A stretch of 64,000 nucleotides of DNA from Convolutriloba macropyga. Taxonomy: Eukaryota. Below, one piece after another: positions 1 through 13,891 of the stretch. Made by a program: the position numbers and the translations under genes. Position 1 is the stretch's first letter, and every line of letters begins with the position of its first letter. Below the pieces are notes generated by a model. The model ran no database searches. It had not been told where the DNA came from and worked only from the letters and a program-made list of their open reading frames with translations. Location: positions 30,318,001 to 30,382,000 of the forward strand of contig NC_134471.1 in the NCBI RefSeq assembly GCF_964194025.1. Direction: 5' to 3'.

Positions 1-188
1 ACATGCTTGCGCAACTGTGTGAAACCTGTGTAAACAATATTTCACAAAATTTTCGAAACAAACACAGAAGACGCACCAAAAAACAGACACTAGATACGGT
101 CACCAGATACGGTCCACACTATCGTGTAATGAGTCTTAAATAACGCAATTGCGGGTTTTAAAATGCTGAAATTCTACGCTACCATAAG

Positions 189-450
189 TTAAAATGCCAG
201 ACGTTTCTATCTGCTAAGCCAGCAGTTGACATAAATTTTCTATTTTTTCAAATTTTGCCAAATGCATATTCTAAGCAAGGTTACGTGACAGAGCTGAATT
301 CACTGTCTGGCTACCCAGTTCTGGCTTAACATCTCAATCCACTGCACGGTTCACGATAAAGGCCAGAAGATGACTTCAAGCAGACTTTCAGTGACTTCAG
401 AAGATGACTTTCAGTGACTTCAAGCAGAGTCACATAACCTACACTTAAAT
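189..450. repeat. Short dispersed repeat or MITE-like remnant, with an inverted copy at about 2230-2392
   Basis: taagcaaggttacgtgac (about 272-289) is inverted relative to gtcacataacc (429-439). The stretch 189-295 aligns in reverse with 2298-2392 (gcagagtcacgtaaccatgcttaa...agtcaacttctggc...ggcattttaac). Confidence 0.5.
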
Positions 451-681
451 AACATAAACAGACTGGTTACTCATTTAAATGCGCTTTATTGTCTAGTTAA
501 CAGTCCGTTATTTTACGATTTGAAAACGGTTATGCAGAATCGCGCATCCTCCACAGTCTGGGGAAATATTTGTCACATTATAATTATAGTACGCGAGCAC
601 CAAATATTATAGAATCAGCTAAGACGTCATGAATAAGCAGAATGTGTAATCTTTTATGAATATAGTAATGAGAAAACGGAC

Positions 682-842
682 CTCGAAGTTGATGAGGTTG
701 TAGTTGTTGATGGGCGAAGTGAGAGCAGAGGTAGAGGTAGTTATAGTATTGGAGAGAGTTTGTGAATGCGGTTGTTGTGAAGTGTGGCCTTTGTTAGCCC
801 TGCTCAGCATCTTCCACAGCAATTTGGAGTACACAGAGGAGT
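682..842 (-). CDS. KChIP/NCS-family EF-hand protein, internal exon covering the EF-2 region, with a Ser/Thr-rich insertion
   Basis: Acceptor ttcAG at 843-844 and donor GT at 680-681. The phase-1 join with the 1953-2147 exon reads D-SSVYSKLLWKMLSRANKG...YNLINFE, matching both ends of the KChIP exon [13 protein letters not shown]...VSFE. The gene continues beyond the left edge of the window. Confidence 0.75.
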
Positions 843-1952
843 CTGAATATGTAGAGAATTAATGAAATGATTCGCAAACCAGCCATAAATGACCAGTGGA
901 TAAATATCGAACGAGCCAACCGATACCAGTAAAGGTTTTCCCTGACTCAAATCTCTATCCTCCACCCAGTTTACCCAGTAAACAATTTTCTTTGATTCAA
1001 TACTAGGTCATGATTCTCTTATTATCCACTCTTGACTTTGATATAATGAAAAATTTGAGAAACTGCAAAGAAAAGAATTTGAAAAAACTGCTACACTCCT
1101 TCCTGGACAATTACACAACCCATTCCGATTTTTTTGGAAACTTGCATTGGTAGTATGCTCGATAACAAAGAAAGTTTTTTTTAGTTAAATTCAATTAGAT
1201 AGTTGGTGCGTTAAATTGGTTTATTAAACCCCTCTTTTTTCCTGTTCCTCTTGAATGGTCTCAGTTCAAGTAACTAAATGCATTTCGTACATATAATCTA
1301 AGTTTGAATGGCTCTGAAACGATGCTGCAACAGGCAAATTGCCTCCTAGCATTCGTTCAGTACGACGCTTTCTAATCTAATTTGTTTAATTATTCCAAGC
1401 TTGAATATTTGGTACTGAAAACAAATTTATTTATTTATTTGTTCTATTTCTTAGTAGCCATACAAAGATCATCCAAAAACTCAAACTTATTCTCAAAGTG
1501 CGTAAATCGTTATGCCCTACGTTAATAATACTGGAAGCGCGGCAACCGTTTGAGAAAAACATTGTGCATTTATTTGTTCGACCCAAATTGGTAGCACTCT
1601 AATGTCCCCTCGACGGCCAACAGCTGTTTGACTAAAGGCATTTAGATTTTCAACAGCGATCTCACCTTCATTTTGGCCGAAATTTGGACATTGTTGGCCT
1701 TTTGATAAACATTCCCTGGCGAATGCGCTAATCAAAAGGCTAACAATGCCCCAACTTCTGAAGAAATACAAGTCTAAGCACCACATTGAACGGTACAATT
1801 ACAAAATTGTTGCAACAGATGCTGTATTAGCACTCGCCCAAATCTTTCTTGCGGTTTTAGTTTCTGAATTTCAAGAGGAAAATTTTACCACTTCACTATT
1901 CTTTTTGCTGCAGAAAACATTTTTGTGACAAACAATATACAAAAAAGCTGAC

Positions 1953-2147
1953 CTCCAAAAGGGAATAATTGTATGAAGACGTTTTTGAAGCTGGTCTGAC
2001 TCATGAGTCCATTTGGACACTCCTGCTTGAAGTTTCGATAGAGGAATTGGACCTGCCTGGGAGAGAAACCACTGCTCCTGCTCAGTTGGGAGAGGGAGGG
2101 CGGTCGGTGTCGCATCAAGTGCAAGTCATTCTCACTAATTGGAAGAT
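1953..2147 (-). CDS. KChIP/NCS-family (Kv channel-interacting protein-like) exon: N-terminal core and EF-1
   Basis: Translation D-LPISENDLHLMRHRPPSLSQLSRSSGFSPRQVQFLYRNFKQECPNGLMSQTSFKNVFIQLFPFG matches the KChIP signature RHRPE..L...F...ELQ.LYR.FK.ECP.G...TFK.IY.QFFP.G. Acceptor tacAG at 2148-2149, donor GTcag at 1951-1952, 195 nt. Confidence 0.9.
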
Positions 2148-2869
2148 CTGTATCAACATCACATTTTCAGCCACACTTTATATCCGCCTAGATTCAGTTC
2201 ATATAACGTGATAAATTAAGTCAGTGATAACTCCTGGCGTTTATCAAGAACCGCGAGGCAGCTCTAGATATTAAGTCAGAATTTCGAAGTGACTTCTGCA
2301 GAGTCACGTAACCATGCTTAAAACACGAAACGCGCACGTTTTAAAATGACGAAAGTCAACTTCTGGCTGAGTAGCAGCTTCTGGCATTTTAACATCTGGC
2401 ACTGCAGACTTTCGGCACTTCACAATGTGTACGAGAGTGTTTCAAGAAAATGTAAATTCAAAAAATTACACCGATTTCGGCGCACTTTTCAATTGACCTT
2501 TAGTAGTGAACTGCCGCCTCTTGCATTCTACTGTTGACACTTAAGAATGAGAGAAAAATTTAGATCACGCAAAATGAACAAGTCACTTGAAAAGTTAAAA
2601 TGGTCAAGCATAATTTTTGCAGAAAAAACCAGCACGCTGACAATAATTGCTTCAAACTTAGTTCGAGATCAAATAATCAGCAGTGCTCTATAGGGTTACC
2701 GTTATTATTTTTCAAAACTGACATTGAAAAAAGAGGCAGTTTAAGGCATCAAAAGAGAGGGTTGGTTTTAAATGTCAGGATACGTGAAAAACAGAAAATA
2801 ATCAGCAACTTTAAATAACAAGGAGAATTGTAATGAGCGCAATGTTCTAGCCCGCAAAACAAAAAAAAC

Positions 2870-4600
2870 TCAAAAGTAAAAACTTGTTTATCACAGATGC
2901 CAATCCCCACTACACCATTGAGCATACTAATGATCTTGCTTAGTGAAGAAGCAGACCAATAAAGGTCAGAGATGTCAGATGCTTTTTCAAACAAAACATT
3001 GAGATGTAAAATTTGAGTAATAGGATTTTTTATTCTGCCTTTCGTCGTTTTTGCGGCCTTTAGCTTTGACCATTGGTATATCATCAGACGTCTTTAAAAA
3101 TTAGCCCGAAAGTGCTCCTTTTGACCAGAACTCAAATTTGTCTCTTTTTAGCTCTAACCCGCAAGTTTTGCCCGAAACAGTCAAAATATCTGAAGCTTCG
3201 TTAATTTCGGTCTCTGTTCCAGCAATGATACTATTGTCAAGGTACCAACAGTGCTGGGTAAAATTAGGTATTTTTGATTCAACCTCATCATTATAGGCCA
3301 CAAGGTCAATGAGAACAACGGAGGACCAAAGGGATCTCATTGTTGAACTCCTGATTGACCTTTTACAGATTTTTTGCAGAGATGACTCCGCTGTGAGTAG
3401 CAATATGGCAAACGGTGCAGAACTGGGCATTAAAGTAACAGCTGCGTTCAGAATGACTTCTTTAAGGGCATTGAAGGCGTTTATAAAAATGATCTGTTAA
3501 ATTCCTGCATCCTATGAAAACTGCATTTTTCCAAATGTTAATTTGGTTGCATGTATGATACTTTCAGCTCCACCCTTGACTATTACACCAATTTATTTAC
3601 AAGAGAACAGTTAGGCCGACTCCGATTGTGTTTGTTTGGCTATTCATTTTGCAAACAAACTACGCAAGACCTCACCCACAGCTATAGGACGTACACCACT
3701 TTTTATTTTCCTTAAAGCAGTTAGAGAAGCTCTGCAGAAAAACGGTGCCACTGACAGAGGGAGCTGACCTTTGATGGCCAAAATCATTAGCTTCGTTTTT
3801 CTTGAAATATCTTGTTTAGATTGCTCAGGAGCTGCGCAATTAACTTAGTGCGAAAAATTTTCGGGGTTTATTTTAGATAGACTAGCAGCTGAGTAGTAGG
3901 GGAAGGGTTCTGTTTGGCCAAACACAGTTGGCACAACAAGTTGATGCGCTTTGTAGCTGTAATTTTGAAATTGCAGCCCAGGTTCTTCTTCCATAGTGTG
4001 TAAAATTTTAAGCTCTCTGCAGGTTTGGATTTTATCAGGTGCAACTCCGTCGAATGAGAGAATTTTTGCTGCTCTCCCGAATTGGCCTCGGAGGCAAAGC
4101 GCCTTAGCACAAGCTTCAAGTGCTTCTTTGGTCTCATTAACAATTTTTCTTGATTGCTTCATCAATACAGCTTCATACCAAAGTCCGGGGTAGTCTCCCG
4201 CCTCCCAGCTCTTAAACATTTTCGACAAAAAGTTTTCCTGATTTTGTTTGTGTTTCTTTCTACCCATTTTAGATGCTCGTATAATGCATTTACAAATGGA
4301 AAATAGCTTCTTCCAGTTTTCCGTCCAGTTTAGCTTTGAGACATATCCCACGATAGTTCTGGTGAAAACGTCCAACAAGTACTTGAGTCAATACTTGACA
4401 AGTATGTACCGTAGTGGTGGAATCTATTTCTTGCAAAAAATCATGTTTGATGCACCAAGACTGCCCTGTGCGGTATTTGAACTTGTTTCTTTTCCACCAG
4501 TCAAAACTATATCGTCAATGCGGGCTGCTCTATCACGCGGAACCTTTTTGCGTTTGACAGTAAGGAGCTAAATTGAGCATATGCCCATTTGGATCCTCAG
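2870..4600 (-). mobile_element. Decayed non-LTR retrotransposon, CRE-like reverse transcriptase region
   Basis: Frame-broken motifs in the expected order: GQFGRAAKILS.DGVAP, APFFCRASLTALRKIKSGVRPIAVGEVLR (about 3660-3750), GVQQ*DPFGPPLFSL (about 3310-3350) and WYLDNSIIAG (about 3220-3250). Many stops and frameshifts; the ends are approximate. Confidence 0.75.
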
Positions 4601-6261
4601 CCTACCCACTCGTCAAAATGTGCTCCCCAACTTGTATAACTGATCTTAGTTTTGTTTTTTGTGGCTTTTCACAGTTATTTTAAACAATTTGTCATTTTTA
4701 TTAAGATTAAAACAGCACTGTATCAACAGGAACTTGAAAACCAGGGGTCCGAGTCATCAACGATTAACCCGCTCATTGACTGTGTTAATCCAGAGGATTG
4801 GTTTCCTTCACTTAAAGTGTCTGATAACACACTGTTTTCACAAAAGCAAGAACTATCTACTGTTGTATACGAAACATTTTGAACTGAAGAGGCTTTCATT
4901 TTGTCACCTTTTCTGTTTCCCATTTCGTGTGTTTATTTTTTGAGTGAAACAATAGCGTCTTATATACAAACAGATCTCTAGTTTTGCTGCTGATAAGAAG
5001 AAAGTCTTCTTTAAAATAAGATTCAAACGCGTCTTGCATTAGTTTCAGGCTGCTGACTGTTATATAGATTTTCCCTTGTTCAATATCAGAAACTGAAGTT
5101 GGGTGGAATAAAGGTAGCTATAACTTATGTTGTTTTAATCTTAATGAATAACAAAAGAGGGGGGGATAACTTTGCTCGTAACTTTGCTTACGAACAACCA
5201 CACGAGCATTCATTTGCTATCAAAACAGGAACGATATCAACGGGGGACAGACATTCTTCGTCGTGCCCCAAAAGACCCAAAAAACACTTTCAGTCAGGCA
5301 ACAAGTACCATACAGGACGCAAAAACACAGTATAAAATTAATCTTTGATAACTTTCTCTTTTTGCATTGCAGATTTGCTTAATAAAGTGTAGGAAAATTT
5401 GAGACTTTTTCTCAATTTTTCCGTAGACCTTACAAACAGCTCAATGAGTGGATCATTGAGTGGTATCTTTTTAAAATTCTCGACAAAAAGCTAATGATTT
5501 TCAATCAGCGCTCAATTTAATGATTTATCATTCAAACTTTTCAATTAGAAACTTAAAGATTTATCATATTACAAACATGTTAGCAATTTGATGACAAATA
5601 CTTTTTGCCCATTTTTTGTTGTATATCTCCTAATGACCGTTTCCAATTACTCCGACAGCTAGTAGGTTAGGTTCAAATCAGTTTGAAATATTTTTTTTTC
5701 AATTTGGAATCGGTTAAATTTTTAAAAAAAAAAACAAAATCGAAACAGAAACCGCTTCTTGACGTTTGACATTTGATAGCTTCAAAAACAATTATCGCAA
5801 ACTTTCAGTTGGCCTATTTCTTTTGCAACAAATTGAATATGCCAACCTATCATAAAAACCAATCAACGCTACAACAAACAATTTGTTTAGAATCCGAGAA
5901 ATTTGAAAAGTTTGGTTAGGAGAATTCAAAATTTGCCGTTGTTGAAAAAATCTTGAACCTGGTCCCACAGTGTTGATGAGCAGGCTTATGTTGCCAATCG
6001 TGCATGTTAAATCTCATGTTCATAGTAATTTAGAAACACATCTTTTCGCATTTTAAATTTATTTTACAAATGTTCTGGGTTCTGGTTTTTACAAACCAAA
6101 GGTGAATATTTGCTCCCATCAGTATTTTTACGACTCGAAGATGAACAGTGGCATCCCAAAAACTTCCATTGCTTAAATTGAAAAAACTTTATCATGACTT
6201 CAATTTTTATTTTTTTTCGAATACTTTAAAGATTAAAAGATTATGATGAGACCGTTGGAAT

Positions 6262-6530
6262 TCCACTCCCTGCCGAAACTACTCCTACCCTCATCCACTT
6301 TGCTACTACTGGCACTTACCACTCCACCAACCAAACAGCCCACCTGTCTGATCTAAATTTCTCCCACCTACTCTGCCCTTACCACCTCTTCCCCTCGTCT
6401 ACCGAACCTAACGTTTACTCACTCACCCCACCCCCTCCTCTAACCTGTACGCTACCACCCTCAGTACCCTACCTCCCGAACTCACCTCGATCCTATCCCC
6501 CAAACTACCCCCATTCGTACCCCAAATGAC
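6262..6530. repeat. C-rich low-complexity tract; a G-rich tract of similar style lies at 33060-33240
   Basis: Dense CCAC/CTACC/CCCC runs in an otherwise AT-rich context. Confidence 0.4.
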
Positions 6531-7098
6531 CACAAATTCACCAATTTTTCAACCACAAATTCTATAACTGTAAGAGAAAAGTTCTGTTTGCATTTTCAAA
6601 GTCTTTCTTGGAGAAACATTAGGCAATAAATTTTTTGATTTTTTTGTTGACTTTATTTTTCTTATATTGGTCGTTAAAATTTGGACATTGTTGGTTCCAG
6701 CGTATAATGTTCAACGAACAGTCTCTTCAGTTAAAACTGCTTTCTGTTTCATTTTTTGATAGAGATTTGTTAAAAAGTACGCGTTGTTCTGAGGTTTTAG
6801 CAAGGCGTCAGATCTTTTCGGAGTCGTCCAGTTATATTTGAAATTGGTTTAAACCCGTTCAATATTTTCACGATAACTTCTGCGCTTTCAAACTTTATAG
6901 ATGTCGAAGATTATCAAATGCGTGCAATCTTGATTTTCGAATAGTTCAAATTAGCCAAAATGCCAAACAAGGATGGAATAAAAAGACTAAAAAACTTCTG
7001 CTTTAAATGGAATTTTTTTAATGAAGATATATATGCGAAGTAATTTTGTTTTCACCACCTTAGTGTGGAGGAACTACAGGCTCAGCTGTGTTGTGCGG

Positions 7099-7442
7099 TG
7101 TTCCGCCGTCAGTTAAAATTGAATGTGTGATATTGGTGATGCTGCGGCAGGACGTCAGAGAATCAAGCTAATCAGCTTGCTTCACTGACGCCAGCGTTGA
7201 TGGTGTTTCAAAAAGGACCCTTCAGTTATAATTTTTTCTTTTCGCACGATATGCCTGAACTAACATTTACCCACTGTTATTCCTTGACAACAGTTGAAAT
7301 TTTTGTGAGATTTGCTGCCCAAATCTTCATTTGCTACCGTGAAACAGTCATCCATTTCCTAACGAATCAATTACATCTCTATAATCAACATTATGACTTG
7401 GTGTTTCGAAGTTAGAGTTTTTAGCACGTGCCCCCTGGTACA
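7099..7442 (-). repeat. 3' LTR of the BEL/Pao element
   Basis: On the minus strand it starts TGTACCAGGGG directly after the PPT AAAAGGGGGGGAG and ends GGAACA. It is a direct repeat of 13892-14224. Confidence 0.85.
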
Positions 7443-10400
7443 CTCCCCCCCTTTTGGGCACAAAAAAGCAGAAAGGTTGCAGTCGATCTGTTGTTGTTGA
7501 AGTCTGTTTGAAGTCGTTCTTTGTAGTGTTGTCGTATTTTGCTCGATTATTGCTTTTGATGAAGCCAAATTGGATATTCTTGCTTGAGCTGGTGTTGATT
7601 CCGTTGAAAATGTTGTATTGAGTCGTGTCTTAAAAAAACGCCGATCTTGAAGCTATGGACTCGTCCATATCTACAAGTGTGTCTGACCTGACTTTGATTA
7701 TGACTGCTGTTTGAAAAAAACGTGCTGTGACTGCTGAAGTACTGATGGAGAGTTTGTTGTTGTCGTGCAATTTCTGTTAATATCTTTTGTCGGTATCACA
7801 TGTATTTTGCTGCTGTGTACTGGTTGTTAACGTGCTGCGTTTAACGTTGTATGAAAATTGCTTGCTGGAAAGTTGAATTGCTTTTGTGCTGATTGCATTC
7901 GATTGTGTACAGTTGAAGTTGTTCTGAATCGGCACTCGTATAGCTGTTTGGCTACAGTCAAATACTGAATGATTTCTCGAATTGTTGTTGCTGGGCTGGT
8001 CATTGAAAGTTGCTGGCCGACAAATTGATGCCACCCATGTTCCGTACCTTACATAAACCTATCAATACTATGTACCTATTGCCTACCTTTTACCTGTCTT
8101 TCCCTAAATTAGAGTTCGCCGGAATACCAAATATTTTGAAATACTTTTGTACCTCTGGAGTTTGGTTTTACCTAAGCTGTTTAGTGTCATCTACCTATCC
8201 AAAAACTTTCACCCTGTCGGTTCAATTCTCTGCTGTTTCGCAATAGGCAGATTATTTGTGCACTTAAATTCCCAAATGAATACTTTATTCCACTTGAATA
8301 CCTTTTAACTATCCATAAATTGTCTTCTTTTTCATCCTACCTACCTAAATTTTCCATTTGAAAGTATTTCTCTAATATACGATAAGCTTTGTTTTTTGTA
8401 GCACCCTGGTGAGTTAATTATTGAAATCCCTAATTGTACCTGAAATTTTCTTAGAGTTGCTAGCTCACTAAACTAAACTTTAAACAATTCATTTTCCAGC
8501 TTACCCCAAACCCACAACTCATATCAAGTTTGTGTTTCAGATTGTCATAAAAATATTGTTCCCAATTTACTTTTGATAACCTCTATTTTGTTCTGTCGTT
8601 GATCAAACTCACTTCAGTAGCTGGTTTAACAAAATCCCCTCTTGATGTTTTAAACAGGCAAGACATTACCACATTAGAAATACCCCTATTTAACTTCTAT
8701 ATCCCGTCTACTGTTGAATGCCACTGTCAACGTTTTCTGAGTGTTGGCAAATACTCCGTTAACAGACGTGTCCAAAACACGTTCATGATACCGCTGACGT
8801 TGCTCCATAGTTTTCCTATTCCTCTGTGACTGCTGCTAATTGTAGCATCTGACGGCAGTCTTGTTGTCATTCCGGTCAAAAATGTCCTGGCTTCAGGCTT
8901 TCAACATCGAGTATGTCTCTGCTGAGTGATGTTCGAGGCCTGCTGTTAAGAATAGCCTCAACTTGACAAATAAGGGTCGAGTAAATGTCTTCCTGGAGTT
9001 TCCTAGAGCCTGCAACGTTGAAGAAAAGCCGTTTGCACATCCCAATGAGGCACTCCCATGATCCATTAAATTTTGACTCTCTAAATTTCTGTATCTCTCT
9101 AGTTGTGATGCTGCTTTTCTCGAAATTCTCTGCTGTACTGGTAAAATATAAAGCGTTGTCACTGTGAATTCTTTCCAGAAGTCCTCGTCGGCTGCAATAT
9201 CATTGGAATGCAATTATTCATAAAAAATTTTGCAAGTTTCTGGCTACTTCGATATGAACCACCCGTATCTTCAGACAGTTCAACAAGCAACAGTATGCTT
9301 TCATGGCTGTGTTGATCAGGCCAGATTTCAAGGGGCCCAAAAACGTCAAGAATCGGCTAGCTTGGAAGATCTGACATCTGATGCTGACTGTTGAGTTGTC
9401 TCTGTCGTCTCGAAGCGTAGCATCTGTTTGAGATCTTCTTCATTACTGTTTTGCATTCAGGAACCCATTAGTTCAACCGAATGCAGTGTGTTTCTTGTTC
9501 AACTCCAACACGACCATTGATGTTGTGTTTTAATTCCAGAAAAAGACAAAATAATCCTGTTCCTACCGACTAAGATTATTGGCGTTGCTGTTAAAAATAG
9601 TGCGTTGGCTAGTCTGCTGTATGAGCAAATGATACCATCGTCATCTATTGAAACTGTTAACTGAATCATTCTTCTCCTCTTTTGAATTGGCTTCTTGTGT
9701 TTTAGTTGATTCACAGCCTCATCGAACGAATGTTGCTGAGATAGAAGAAAGAAAGTTCTCTAAGTTTATGAGCTGTTGTTCCCGTGTACTCGTTTTGATT
9801 TGGAGGTTTTTCATTTTGATGATGAGGGTCTGAGTTTAAAACACTGGCTAAAACTCTTGGCAGCAATAAGGTCCTTGTCAATTGGCTGTCGGCGTGTTCC
9901 CTGAAAACTGGTTCCTTGATCTGCTGGGTTCTCCTTGCTGTTGACGTGGTTCCACTGATTAATCCTTGTGAAATCCCTTATATCAGCCATTCGGTTTCCG
10001 TTGTGCATCTTGTATTTCATTTTGAAGTTCTTTGTCCAACTGAGAACGGTCGCGATGTCACTCAGTAGAAAAACTTTGTCAAACATGAAGTCCATTTTGT
10101 CCTGACTGTTTTCTTTAATCTTGCTGCATAAAGTGGTGCTTGCAGTTCAAGTCTAGGATTTGTTGTTTGACGCAAAGGTGCAACTCTTGTTTTTCCCCAT
10201 CAGAAAACGTATTGTTGTTTCCTGGTTGTCTTGATACATGCCACTGCTGCTGTTGCTTCAAATGATGCTTGGCAGAAAGTATGAACGTAGTATTCCCAAG
10301 TGCAGTAAAACCTACCAACATTTTGACCCCTACCGTTTTTAAATTTTCGCTTCCTGTACCCAATCCTTGATGGCCTTCCCATTGTCTCCACTGAAGGCTT

Positions 10401-13400
10401 TGTCCCATTCGCGTCCATGTTTCCACATTTTTTGCAGTAGGATCTTGCTCGAATGGGAAAAAGAGATACGATTCCCTGAGGATCGTAGAAATTTGACGCA
10501 ATAGACAGAAACTTACGTCCATGTCTTCCTGTCCAGATTCTTTCTGTCTTTGGCTCTGAAATTATTTATTTTGTCTTCGTTCAAGCTCAGTGAATTTCAA
10601 GTACTCTTTGATGAAAAGTTTTAGTGATGAGGTCTTCAACTGGTTTGCATACCTCGTCTTGCATCTGCAGACAAAACTCACGGCTGTTGCTGCACCATTT
10701 TGTCAGATTGAATTTTCCTTTTTTGAGAGTGTCCTTGACATCCTTGGCTGTAGTGAAAGCTGTGGCGGTGTCGCTGAAAAGTCACTCATGTTATCCATGC
10801 AGATGGCCCACTGAGGATGTCCGGAACATTTGAACGATGATTGATTTCGTCTTTGGCTGCCTGTTGTAAAACGAAATTCGCAGAGGCTGGCGAGTCCAGG
10901 CCCCAAAGATGTGTCGTTGGTATTCGCACACCTCTAATTATAGACCAATCGCAGATAACGTCGGTCCTGTCGTTGTACTCCGATTTCAATAAACATTGCT
11001 CCGATGTCTCCTCGGATGACAACGGCTCCCAGTCGTAATCGTAGCAAAATTCCAAGCATTTTTCCGAGGAGTCCAGGTCCAGCTAAGAGTTTGTCATTGA
11101 GGCTTATTTCGCTTTGTGGTGCTTTGGCATTGCAGATTCTTCGTATCTTGTCGGGTTTCTTTGGGCGGACAACAGCGCTGCATGTACCATCCTGTACCTT
11201 TCTGTAGATGCAAAGGTATTTTTGCAACGTAAACTTTGTCTAGGTCTGCATTAATGCCCTCATTGTATTTCGCGTACTGCTCAGATTTCTTCTTTAGACT
11301 GTTAACAATATAATTCAGATGAATCAAGGCTTGTGACCAGTTGTCTGGTAAACTGCTTTCTTTCCAGAGAAGTCCCATTTCATAACGTCCATCTATTTGT
11401 CTCACGCATTTTGTATTAAGTATTTTGTTGGCCAAAACTTTTAGATCAGTCTATTTGGTTTTGGATTGCAACGGTATTGTCTTTGCTTTCCACCAATGAG
11501 AAACTTCTCTGTTGAGGCTATTATAATGTTCGAGGCAATTGCTGCAAAACAAAGCAGTCTGATGCAAAGAATAATGAGTTTTGTCATCCAACACTGTATG
11601 GGGTTCGGCAAATGCCCAACCAAGTTTGAAAAGACTAGCACTTGGTGCCGACGATGGTCCTTGTTCCACTCTGACTGTTGATGTAAGGTTAATATTGTCC
11701 TGTCCGATCAATACCATGACTTGGAAATTATCCAGAGTTGGCATATTGACATGCCTAAGATAGTCATACTTTCTGGCAATGTCTCCCGGGTGATCCCTCA
11801 ACTTTGGCAAATTCGTGATTTCTACAGCATAAAAATGTTTGAGTTTGTAGCGTTCGTCGTCTTCCAAAATTGAAATACCCATTGATGTTGCGTAACGTCT
11901 TTTTGTGTCTGTTCCAATGGCTGCTTTCAAGACAAATTGTTGGCGAGTTTATTTCTGAATGCATAGTCCATCAGCAGTTATCGCGAGGAGTATTGTCAAG
12001 CTGCTTCCTGGGTGGATGAACGCGTATGTTCGAATTTTATTCTCTTTGTTATGTAAAGTAACTGGCATGACATAGAGAAGATTTGTTGTTTTAGTCACTG
12101 CTGTCGTGTTCTTTGTTGTGGTTGTAGCTTTGCTGTTGATGACTGCCAATTAGTTGCCATTTCCTCATGAGTTGCTCAGTTGCGAGTTTCTTTGAGCAAA
12201 TGGTTGCACTGTTTGTCCGTATCTGCTGTTGGCACTCTGTATTGTAGTATTGTGTTGTTATCCGCATCCTTGCTCCCTGCAATCAGAGTTCGAGGGACAG
12301 TTGTTGGCCTGATGGTTGGCTACCAAACAATTTCTGCAATGATTCAACAGATAAACCGTTTGCGGTCTTTCAACTGCCGTCTTTGCCTTAAACGTTGGCC
12401 AATGGAACAACTGATGGTTACCGCCGTTGAAGAAACAAGGCAAAAGCTGTTTGTTGCTACCGTTTTCTCCTGTAGTTTGAAACAGTTGTTTTGTGCTCCG
12501 CTAGTTGTTTTGGTTGTTGTTGCTAAAGTTGTTTATGTTTTGTGTTGGTTGTTATTGCTGTTGTTGTTGTTCCCTGTTCGGATGGGTTGGTTGTTGATGA
12601 AACTGTCGGTTTTCATTTAACTTTAAAATCTGCTGATGTGTGCCACTGTCTGTGTTAAAGCTAGTGTTGTTTCGTACTTGATGTGTTGAACGTTCATGTG
12701 CCTCAGGTATCTTTTAATCCATTTGTTGAAGTCTGCAAGTGACGTCTGTTGAACTCGTGGTCGTAGAATAAACTGATTCTATTTGAATTCTTTCCTGTAG
12801 GGCAGTTTGTTTGTTGCACGCCTCAAAATTGCCGTGTTGTTGAGACCAGCTTCAAAATTAAGTTCTTGCAGTGTCCTTGTCATGGTGTTTTTGAAATTGG
12901 AGAACTTTACAATTGACCAAGGAAGAGATGTTTTTGGTGACCGGTAGTTAATTAGTTTTTCCAACAAGTTACTGATGATGACGTTTGGCTTCCGAAAACG
13001 CTGTTTCAGCTCGTTTATTGAATCTTTTTACAGGTGTTCTTTACAGGCAAATCATTCAATTGCTCTTTTGACTTTTCCAATCACAAGTTCCTCTAGATGG
13101 GCGATCTTCTGTCTATCACTAAGATGAGTGTCTCCAATCGTTAACTTGAAACGGCTGTACCAATCTGCCTATTTGCTCGGGCAGAGCTTCAACATAACGC
13201 ATGTAGAATAGGAAAGCTTCAACATAAGGCATGTAGAGTGGAACTGGTTGTGGAAACGTTGTTAACAATTGCTTTGATTGTACTGTTATGTTATTGAATG
13301 TTTGTCCCCCATTCTAGTTACTCTGTTCTGCTGGTCGTTTAGGCCACTTGAGTAAGCTAATCTGTTATGCCAAAAACTGCTGAGGTTGTACAGTAGAACT

Positions 13401-13891
13401 GCAGGCTTCCGGTTGTTCTTTGTGTGAGTTTCCGTTATTGGATGTGTGCTGTTGTCCAATTGCTCGTGTTGATGTTTTTGTTGGTTGTTGAGTTATCCGC
13501 TGTCGAATTGGCTGCTGCTTTTGTCTTTTTGTTGTCTTGTGCACAGAAGTTTGTTGTGACTTTCCCCGCGAAGGGTGATTCTGAATTTTATTTCTTTTTG
13601 ATGCCGTCGGTGTTGTTCCACCTGTCAGTGACTTTGCCGATCTACTCCTCATAGTGATTTTCGTCAATTGTGATATCAACTCGTATTTGTTTCCTCAAAA
13701 TGAGAAAACGTTCCCGCTACCTTTTCATGAACATTTTTTGCCTGATTTATGATTCCACTCTCAACCAATTTGCTCTTGGTTTGAAAGTTTTTCTCAATTT
13801 TCTCCGTGGTCTTTAGCTTTGCCTTTGCGACTCTGCCTTGAAGTTGCGCTTTCGAGCTAGCCTAGGGGGGTCACCCGAAAAAACTCAGCAG

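Noticed and set aside
1500-1800. Possible hAT-type transposase remnant; aatttggacattgttgg is shared with about 6680
   Set aside because: Only a vague motif resemblance and one short shared word; no terminal repeats or catalytic motifs can be supported.
12180-12620. 146-aa hydrophobic plus-strand ORF
   Set aside because: Antisense of the CAA-rich BEL gag region; the Leu/Val richness is a compositional artefact.
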